From an uncultured Thermoleophilaceae bacterium (lineage in GTDB: Bacteria > Actinomycetota > Thermoleophilia > Solirubrobacterales > Thermoleophilaceae), in the NCBI GenBank assembly GCA_963810745.1, contig CAWEOW010000025.1:649-64648 (forward strand): 64,000 nucleotides of DNA. Direction: 5' to 3'. Shown in pieces: positions 57,525-64,000 of the stretch (positions are counted from its first letter, which is position 1; every line of letters begins with the position of its first letter). The translations under genes and the position numbers were made by a program. The notes below the pieces were generated by a model. It was not told where the DNA came from, made no database searches, and worked only from the letters and a program-made list of their open reading frames with translations.

Positions 57525-57919
57525 CTACTCGAGCGTCGAGAGCATGAAGGCCAGGCCGAAGCCCGTCGCGGTCACCAGGCCCACCCAGCGCCCGCTGTCC
57601 TCGTAGGCCTCGGGCACCATCGTCTGAGCGAGCATCACCACGATCGCGCCCGCCGGCCGCCGCCCGCGCGCGAGACGAGCAGGTCGCCGGCGAAGAAGGT
57701 GAGCGCGCCGGCAGCGAGGCCCACCACCGTTGCGTCGCGCCCGCCGCTGTCGAACGCCTCCTCCGTCAGCTCGAAAGCGGCGGCGCTGATGAGCACCCCG
57801 GCGCCGAAGGCCATCACGAGGCCGATCGTGCGCTGGGAGAAGCGCACCCGTAATCCAACGGCCGCCCCCAGCACCAGCGCGCCGCCGCCGAGGAGGCCCC
57901 ACAGCGCGGCCTCGATCAC
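57525..57919 (-). pseudogene. remnant of a ZIP-family divalent-metal transporter (N- and C-terminal ends only, plus a frame break near 57655)
   Basis: ORF 57635..57919 (MIEAALWGLLGGGALVLGAAVGL...GLVMAFGAGVLISAAAFELTEEA...FFAGDLLVSRAGGG) joins ORF 57525..57902 tail (AGAIVVMLAQTMVPEAYEDSGRWVGLVTATGFGLAFMLSTLE*). About 130 aa in total, against roughly 250 aa for family members as I remember them. The central helices are missing. Confidence 0.6.
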
Positions 57920-57934
57920 GCGGCGAGCGTACGC

Positions 57935-58441
57935 CTAGGCCGGCCCGAAGGTCAGGCCGAAGCGCTCGCAGAGCTCGGGGATCGACTCAGGCTCGGCTTC
58001 CAGGCCGTAGCGCGCGCCCAGCTCGCCCACGATCGCCGGGTCCAGCGGCCCGCCGGAGAGGATGCCGACCAGCTCGCGGAAGTACTGCTCGAAGCCGGCC
58101 GGGGCGATGATCTCCAGGATCCGGCAGGGCTCGTCGCCGGCGTTCCAGAACGTGTGCCACTGGTCGCGCGGCTTGAAGACCAGGTCGCCCGGCCCCGCCT
58201 CCACCACGTCGTCGCCCAGCAGCGCGCCCATGCGGCCCTCGAGCACGAACGAGTACTCGTCCTCGCGGCTGTGGCGGTGCAGCGGGGCGGCCAGGTGCCG
58301 CGGGGCCATCGGGTGCTCGACGAGCGAGAAGCCGCCGTCGTGGGTCTCGTGGCCGTCGATCATGAAGCGCACGCCGATCGAGCCGAGCGAGCCGCTGTCT
58401 CCGTCGCTGGGGCCGACGATCCTGGGAGCCGAGGTCTGCAT
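57935..58441 (-). CDS. cupin-domain protein
   Basis: ORF 57935..58513 trimmed to ATG 58441 (ATG 58477 also possible). ...GGFSLVEHPMAPRHLAAPLHRHSREDEYSFVLEGRMGALLGDDVVEAGPGDLVFKPRDQWHTFWNAG. Confidence 0.75.
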   Translation of the reverse strand: MQTSAPRIVGPSDGDSGSLGSIGVRFMIDGHETHDGGFSLVEHPMAPRHLAAPLHRHSREDEYSFVLEGRMGALLGDDVVEAGPGDLVFKPRDQWHTFWNAGDEPCRILEIIAPAGFEQYFRELVGILSGGPLDPAIVGELGARYGLEAEPESIPELCERFGLTFGPA

Positions 58442-58497
58442 GGTGCGAGCCTTTCGTTGAACAACCTGTTCGTCCATCCGAGGCCACGGTAACATCA

Positions 58498-59083
58498 ATG
58501 AACACCGTGTCAACCCAAAAGCGCAGATACGAGCTGAAGGCGCGAGCCAAGGCGCAGGAGGAGACGCGCGAGCGCATCGCCGCCGCGGCCTCGGAGCTCC
58601 ACGAGGAGGTGGGGGTGGGCCACACCACCGTCTCCGACATCGCCCGGCAGGCCGGTGTGCAGCGGGTCACCGTCTACAACCACTTCGCCGACCTCGAGGC
58701 ACTGCTGCCGGCGTGCAGCGCGCACTGGCTCGAGCGGCACCCGATGCCCGACTTCACGCGTGGCCTTCGCGCTCGAGGACCCGCGCGAGCGGGTGCGGGC
58801 GGTGCTCGAGCAGCTCTACCCCTGGTACCGCGAGAACGAGCTGATGCAGCTGCGAGTGCAGGGCGAGCGGAGCACCGTCCCCGAGCTCGAGAGCTGGATG
58901 ACGCGCACTGCGGACGTCGCGCTGAGCGGGCTCGCCGATGCCCTCGCCGGCGGCGAGGAGCGCACGCGGACCATCGCCCGGCTCGCGCTCGACTTCTGGA
59001 CCTGGAAGCGCCTGAACAGCGAGGGCCTGGACGACGACGAGGCCGCCCGCCTGATGGCCGACCTGCTGCCCTCAGCCGGCTAG
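58498..59083 (+). CDS. TetR/AcrR-family transcriptional regulator, one frame break near 58755
   Basis: ORF 58498 start (MNTVSTQKRRYELKARAKAQEETRERIAAAASELHEEVGVGHTTVSDIARQAGVQRVTVYNHFADLEALL...HPMPDFT). ORF 58655..59083 gives the rest (VAFALEDPRERVRAVLEQLYPWYRENE...). Divergent from the cupin gene. Confidence 0.85.
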
Positions 59084-59104
59084 AGGCACCTGCCACCATC
59101 CGTT

Positions 59105-60274
59105 GTGATGTTCGGTGGAAGCTCGATCAAGCTTGCGCGCGTCTTCGGCATCCGCATCGGAGTCGACGTCAGCTGGTTCTTCGTCTTCTTCCTGGTCATC
59201 TACTGGCTGACCGGCAACTACCAGGAGAGCCTCGGCCCGGACAAGGACACCCAGGCCTTCCTGCTCGGCGTGATCAGCGCCGTCCTCCTCTTCGGCTCGA
59301 TCCTCCTCCACGAGCTGGGTCACGCGCTGGCGGCCCGGCGGCTGGGGATCGGCATCGCCTCGATCGACCTGTGGCTGTTCGGCGGGCTGGCGAAGATGGA
59401 GCGCGACGCCCGCACCGCGGGCGAGGAGTTCAAGGTCGCGGTCGCCGGCCCGCTGGTGACGCTGGTGATCGCGGCGGTCTGCTTCGGCGCGGCATCGCTG
59501 ATCGCGGGCACCGGCAACGCCCTGGACGCCACCGGCGTTGACGGCACGGGCATCGACCCGGTAGTGGCCGTCCTGGGCTGGGTCGCCCTGGTGAACTTCA
59601 GCCTGCTGGTCTTCAACCTCATCCCGGGCTTCCCGCTCGACGGCGGGCGCATCGCGCGCGCCCTGGTCTGGTGGCGTACCGGCGACCGCTCACGCGCCAC
59701 ACGCCTGGCCGCGCGCCTCGGCCGGGGCGTCGCGTACCTGATGGTGGGCGCCGGCATCTTCATCGCCATCGCCACCGGCGACGTCTTCGGCGGCATCTGG
59801 CTGGCGGTGATCGGTCTGTTCCTGGGCAGCGCGGCGCGCCAGAGCGAGTACCAGAACGAGGTCCAGAGCCGGATCGAGGGCGTGCGCGTGGCCGACGTCA
59901 TGGACTCCGAGCCGGTGGCCGTCTACGAGGACCTGAGCCTCGACCGGGCCTGGGACGAGTTCTTCCTGCGCTACGGCTGGCCCTGGTTCCCGGTGGTCGA
60001 CCGCGACGGCAAGCTGGTCGGCGTGGTGGCCGCCGAGTCGGTGGAGTCGTTGCCCGAGCAGGTGCGCCCCAGCCGCAACGTGGCCAGCGTGATGGCCGCC
60101 GACGACGGCGGCGGGTCCCTGCGCGTGGGCTTCGAGGAGCCGCTCGAGGCCCTGCTGGGCCGGGAGGGCCTGGCCCGCCTCGGGGCGATCATGGCCGTGG
60201 ACCGCGAGGGCGTGCTGCGCGGTGTGGTGACGGCCGATCGAGTGCGCCAGGCTCTGCGTCCCGTTGCTCCCTGA
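59105..60274 (+). CDS. site-2 protease family (M50) zinc metalloprotease with C-terminal tandem CBS domains
   Basis: HELGH at LLHELGHALAARRLG; second motif NLIPGFPLDGGRI; CBS pair (VRVADVMDSEPVAV...FPVVDRDGKLVGVV... and VASVMAAD...MAVDREGVLRGVVT). Confidence 0.9.
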   Translation: MMFGGSSIKLARVFGIRIGVDVSWFFVFFLVIYWLTGNYQESLGPDKDTQAFLLGVISAVLLFGSILLHELGHALAARRLGIGIASIDLWLFGGLAKMERDARTAGEEFKVAVAGPLVTLVIAAVCFGAASLIAGTGNALDATGVDGTGIDPVVAVLGWVALVNFSLLVFNLIPGFPLDGGRIARALVWWRTGDRSRATRLAARLGRGVAYLMVGAGIFIAIATGDVFGGIWLAVIGLFLGSAARQSEYQNEVQSRIEGVRVADVMDSEPVAVYEDLSLDRAWDEFFLRYGWPWFPVVDRDGKLVGVVAAESVESLPEQVRPSRNVASVMAADDGGGSLRVGFEEPLEALLGREGLARLGAIMAVDREGVLRGVVTADRVRQALRPVAP

Positions 60275-60340
60275 GGGGTCCGCAGGCCGTACATCGGGTA
60301 GGCAGCGCGCTCGAATAGGATTGCGCCCGCCTCTCCCCAG

Positions 60341-62026
60341 ATGCCCAAGCACGACGTCCTAGTTATCGGAGCCGGCCTCGCCGGACAACGCGCCGCCCTC
60401 GCTGCGGCGGAGACCGGCGCATCGGTGGGGATCATCTCGAAGGTCCACCCCGTGCGGTCGCATTCCAATGCGGCCCAGGGCGGCATCAACGCGGCGCTGG
60501 ACCCCGAGGACTCCTGGGAGTCGCACGCGTTCGACACCGTCAAGGGCTCGGACTACCTGGGCGACCAGGACGCCATCGAGATCATGTGCAAGGAGGCGCC
60601 CCACGAGCTGCTCGAGCTCGAGCACCTCGGCGTCACCTTCCACCGCAACGAGGAGGGCGGCCTCGGCAAGCGCGCCTTCGGCGGCGCCTCCGCCGCGCGC
60701 ACGTACTACGTGGCCGACATCACCGGCCAGGCGATCCTCCACGTGCTCTACGAGCAGCTGATGAAGCACGACGAGGTGCATCGCTACGAGGAGTGGTTCA
60801 CCACCGCCCTCGTGCAGGACGAGGAGGGCAAGATCGCCGGCGCGGTCACCCGCAACATCCGCGACGGCTCCATGGAGCTGTTCGCCGCCAAGTCGGTGAT
60901 CCTCGCCACCGGCGGCAACGGCCAGGTGTTCAACCCCACCACCAACGCGCTCGTGTGCACCGGCGACGGGATCGCGCTGGCCTACCGCATCGGCGCGCCG
61001 CTGATGGACATGGAGATGATCCAGTACCACCCGACCACGCTGGCCGGGCTGGGGCTGTTGATCACCGAGGGCGCCCGCGGCGAGGGCGCGCACCTCTACA
61101 ACGCCGAGGGCGAGCGCTTCATGGAGAAGTACGCGCCCAACAAGATGGAGCTGGCCTCCCGCGACGTGGTCTCACGCGCGGAGCAGACCGAGATCGACGA
61201 GGGCCGCGGCTTCCCCGACGGCACCGTCGCGCTGGACATCACCGTGGTGCCCAAGAAGCGCATCCACGAGGCGCTGCGCGAGATCCTCAACGTGGGCCGC
61301 GACTTCGCCGGCGTGGACATCACCCAGGAGCCCATCCACATCAAGCCCGGCAACCACTACGTGATGGGCGGGGTCAAGACCGACACCAACGGCCAGACCA
61401 CGATCCCCGGCCTCTACGCCGCGGGCGAGTGCGCCTGCGTGTCGGTGCACGGCGGCAACCGCCTGGGCGCCAACTCGCTGCTCGACACGCTGATCTTCGG
61501 CCGCCGCTCGGGCGAGCACGCCGGCAAGGCGGCCAAGGGCGCGCCGATGCCGAGCCCCTCGCAGTCCGCGCTGGACGACGAGGACGCGCGCATCCGCACC
61601 ATCTTCGACCGCCAGCAGTCCAGCCGCCGCGTCTCGGAGATCAAGGCCGAGCTGGGCGCGACCATGGACGAGAAGTGCTCGGTCTTCCGCGACGAGGAGG
61701 GCCTCAAGGAAGCGCTCGAGGTGGTGACGCGCCTCAAGGAGGAGGCCAAGACCGCCTCGGTCGACGACCACGGCACGGTCTTCAACCAGGACCTGCTCGG
61801 AGCGATCGAGCTCCAGTTCATGATCGACAACGCCGAGACCATCCTGGTGTCGGCCATCGAGCGCAAGGAGTCGCGCGGGGCGCAGTTCCGCACCGACTAC
61901 CCCGAGCGCAACGACGACGAGTGGCTCAAGCACATCAACGTGCACCCCAACGGCGACGACACCCCGGAGATCGAGTACTCCGAGGTGACCATGACCCAGT
62001 GGGAGCCCGAGGAGAGGACCTACTAG
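60341..62026 (+). CDS. sdhA: succinate dehydrogenase / fumarate reductase flavoprotein subunit
   Basis: [24 protein letters not shown]...[14 protein letters not shown]...[12 protein letters not shown]...RAFGG...ILATGG...MIQYHPT...[11 protein letters not shown]...[26 protein letters not shown]. Confidence 0.93.
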   Translation: MPKHDVLVIGAGLAGQRAALAAAETGASVGIISKVHPVRSHSNAAQGGINAALDPEDSWESHAFDTVKGSDYLGDQDAIEIMCKEAPHELLELEHLGVTFHRNEEGGLGKRAFGGASAARTYYVADITGQAILHVLYEQLMKHDEVHRYEEWFTTALVQDEEGKIAGAVTRNIRDGSMELFAAKSVILATGGNGQVFNPTTNALVCTGDGIALAYRIGAPLMDMEMIQYHPTTLAGLGLLITEGARGEGAHLYNAEGERFMEKYAPNKMELASRDVVSRAEQTEIDEGRGFPDGTVALDITVVPKKRIHEALREILNVGRDFAGVDITQEPIHIKPGNHYVMGGVKTDTNGQTTIPGLYAAGECACVSVHGGNRLGANSLLDTLIFGRRSGEHAGKAAKGAPMPSPSQSALDDEDARIRTIFDRQQSSRRVSEIKAELGATMDEKCSVFRDEEGLKEALEVVTRLKEEAKTASVDDHGTVFNQDLLGAIELQFMIDNAETILVSAIERKESRGAQFRTDYPERNDDEWLKHINVHPNGDDTPEIEYSEVTMTQWEPEERTY

Positions 62027-62028
62027 CC

Positions 62029-63129
62029 GTGGCTGACGCTCAGGACTTCACCCTCAAGGTCCGCCGCTTCGACCCCGAGTCCGGCGAGCAGGCCTACTGG
62101 CGCGACTACGGCGTGGAGCTCGACCCCGAGCGCTCCGTGCTCGACGGCATCCTCCAGATCCGCGACCGCGAGGACGCCTCGCTGGCCATCCGCTGCTCCT
62201 GTCGCGCCGCCATCTGCGGCTCCTGCGGCGTCCGCATCAACGGCAAGTCGGCGCTGGCCTGCAACACCCGTATCTCCGACGCTCAGGAGACCGCCTACAA
62301 CGGCGCGATCACCGTCGAGCCCATGGGCAACATGCCCGTGATCAAGGACCTGATCGTGGACATGGACGCCGTCCACTGGAAGAAGATCCAGCGGGTGACG
62401 CCCTGGCTGCTGCCCGAGGGCGACCCGCCGGAGAACGAGGAGTACAAGGTCCCGGCCGAGGCGATGATCGACGTCACGCAGTCGATGGCCTGCATCCAGT
62501 GCGGCGCGTGTGTCTCCGCCTGCCTCTCGCTGGAGGTCGACCCGGAGTTCGTGGGTCCCGCGGCGCTGGCCAAGGCCTACCGCTTCGTCGGCGACCCGCG
62601 CGACGACCACACCGAGGAGCGCCTCAAGGACCTCGCCGAGGACCCGCACGGCATCTACGACTGCACCCACTGCTTCGCCTGCATCGAGGTCTGCCCCAAG
62701 GACGTGGCTCCCATGTCGCAGATCATGCGCCTGCGCCGCCGCGCCACCGGCGACTTCGGCATCAAGGACGACAACAACGGCTACGGCCACGAGAAGGGCT
62801 TCGTCGACATCATCGAGAAGTGGGGCACGCTGCACGAGGCGCAGCTCCTCCCCCGCTCGTTCGGCCAGGGCTCCATGGTGCGCGGCCAGGTGGAGCCCGA
62901 GGCGGTCAAGCAGCTGCTGGTGAACATGCCGACCGCGCTCCGCGGTCTCAAGAGCGGGAAGGTGACGCCCAAGAAGGCGCTCCTGCACCCGAAGATCCCG
63001 GGCATCAAGAACGTGCGGCGGATCTACGACGAGATCGAGAACAAGGACGAGCGCCTCGAGCTGAACCTCTACATCACCGGGCACGAGGGCGACGAGCCCG
63101 AGCCCGACGAGACCGAGTCGGAGGCGTGA
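62029..63129 (+). CDS. sdhB: succinate dehydrogenase / fumarate reductase iron-sulfur subunit with about 110-aa C-terminal extension
   Basis: GTG 62029 within ORF 60586..63129. Cys clusters are CSCRAAICGSCGVRINGKSALAC (2Fe-2S), CIQCGACVSAC and CTHCFACIEVCP. The extension ...GYGHEKGFVDIIEKWGTLHEAQLLPRSFG...ends in an acidic tail. Confidence 0.9.
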   Translation: MADAQDFTLKVRRFDPESGEQAYWRDYGVELDPERSVLDGILQIRDREDASLAIRCSCRAAICGSCGVRINGKSALACNTRISDAQETAYNGAITVEPMGNMPVIKDLIVDMDAVHWKKIQRVTPWLLPEGDPPENEEYKVPAEAMIDVTQSMACIQCGACVSACLSLEVDPEFVGPAALAKAYRFVGDPRDDHTEERLKDLAEDPHGIYDCTHCFACIEVCPKDVAPMSQIMRLRRRATGDFGIKDDNNGYGHEKGFVDIIEKWGTLHEAQLLPRSFGQGSMVRGQVEPEAVKQLLVNMPTALRGLKSGKVTPKKALLHPKIPGIKNVRRIYDEIENKDERLELNLYITGHEGDEPEPDETESEA

Positions 63130-63181
63130 TGCCGACGTTCAACATCAGAGCGCGGGGCCGGAGGCCCCGCGGAGGTAATCG

Positions 63182-64000
63182 ATGAAACTCGCGTACTGGC
63201 CCGGCTGCGTCTCGCGCGGCTTCACCCCCGAGCTGCACGGCTCCATGGAGCTGGTGGCCCCCAAGCTGGACATGGAGCTCGTCGAGCTGGACCGCGCCAA
63301 CTGCTGCGGCGCCGGCGTGATCGCCGAGCACAACCAGGAGCTGGTCGACACCCTCAACGCGCGCACGTTCGCGATGGCGCAGGACGTGGACGGCGCGGCG
63401 GGGATGATGAACATCTGCTCCACCTGCCAGGGCGCCCAGTCCGAGTGCCAGGAGCGGCTGGACGCCGACAGCCAGTACCGCAACCACATCAACTCCAACC
63501 TGGACGCCGAGGGCCTCTCCTACGAGAAGAACGGCGCCTGGTGGAACAAGAACTTCCTCTGGCTGCTGGTGGAGGAGATCGGCCTGGACACCCTGCGCGA
63601 GCGGGTCGTGCGCCCCCTCGAGGGCCTGCGCGTGGCGCCGTTCTACGGCTGCTACATCGTGCGCCCCACCCGCCGGCTGGGCTTCGACGAGCACCCCGAG
63701 CGCAACCGCTACCTCGACCAGCTGATCGAGGCCGTCGGCGGCGAGTCCGTGCACTACGCCGGCTCGCACAAGTGCTGCGGCTTCCCGGTGATCACCATGA
63801 ACCGCACCACCTCGCTGCGCCAGGCCGGCCGTCACATGGCCGACGCGATCGACGCCGGCGCGGACTGCGTGGTAACGCCCTGCCCGCTCTGCCACCTCAA
63901 TCTGGACATGCAGCAGCCCGAGGCCGTGAAGTTCGTCGAGCGTGACCTCGACATCCCGATTCTGCACCTGCCCCAGATGGTGGGCCTGGCGCTCGGCCTC
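63182..64000 (+). CDS. HdrB-like CCG-domain protein (SdhE-type subunit of non-classical succinate dehydrogenase); 3' end beyond window
   Basis: Hand translation (no stop in window): MKLAYWPGCVSRGFTPELHGSMELVAPKLDMELVELDRANCCGAGVIAEHN...NICSTCQG...VAPFYGCYIVRP...GSHKCCGFPVI...VVTPCPLCHLNLD. There are two Cys-rich CCG motifs. A GGAGG precedes the ATG, and a GCGGGGCC-GGA-GGCCCCGC hairpin sits in the 52-nt spacer. Confidence 0.85.
   Translation, partial: MKLAYWPGCVSRGFTPELHGSMELVAPKLDMELVELDRANCCGAGVIAEHNQELVDTLNARTFAMAQDVDGAAGMMNICSTCQGAQSECQERLDADSQYRNHINSNLDAEGLSYEKNGAWWNKNFLWLLVEEIGLDTLRERVVRPLEGLRVAPFYGCYIVRPTRRLGFDEHPERNRYLDQLIEAVGGESVHYAGSHKCCGFPVITMNRTTSLRQAGRHMADAIDAGADCVVTPCPLCHLNLDMQQPEAVKFVERDLDIPILHLPQMVGLALGL

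Overview
High-G+C (about 70% by eye) chromosomal segment with gene order typical of Actinomycetota housekeeping regions. On the minus strand: tRNA-Gln / glmU-prs-rplY(ctc)-pth-mfd-mazG, eno-ftsB, rsmA(ksgA)-ispE, tatD-metG and rsmI. Further right: glyQS, a lon operon, mdh-icd and a non-classical succinate dehydrogenase (sdhA, sdhB, HdrB-like CCG subunit) that runs off the right edge. The left 7.5 kb is a tandem array of five Mce/MlaD-family genes. In total I call about 70 protein genes, 2 tRNAs, two hairpin terminators and a few palindromic operator candidates. I see no rRNA, CRISPR, transposase, integrase or phage genes, and no recognisable defence or toxin-antitoxin module. I do not find a convincing novel multi-gene system. 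The best leads are single-locus oddities: (1) an ECF sigma factor fused to a zinc anti-sigma domain, whose only sensible continuation runs into a CsaA-type OB-fold domain; (2) a tRNA with Leu anticodon UAA but no long variable arm; (3) four genes whose homology-defined N-termini sit on ATA or CTG codons; (4) a rhomboid homologue that has lost all catalytic residues; (5) an orphan csrA in an actinobacterial context with a GGGCAGG repeat leader. A dominant technical feature is about 35 one-base reading-frame breaks in otherwise well-conserved genes, including glmU, mfd, lon and rsmA. This looks more like indel error in the assembly than decay, so many long ORFs in the track are chimeras. All product calls rest on my recognition of the translated sequences; no database search was run.
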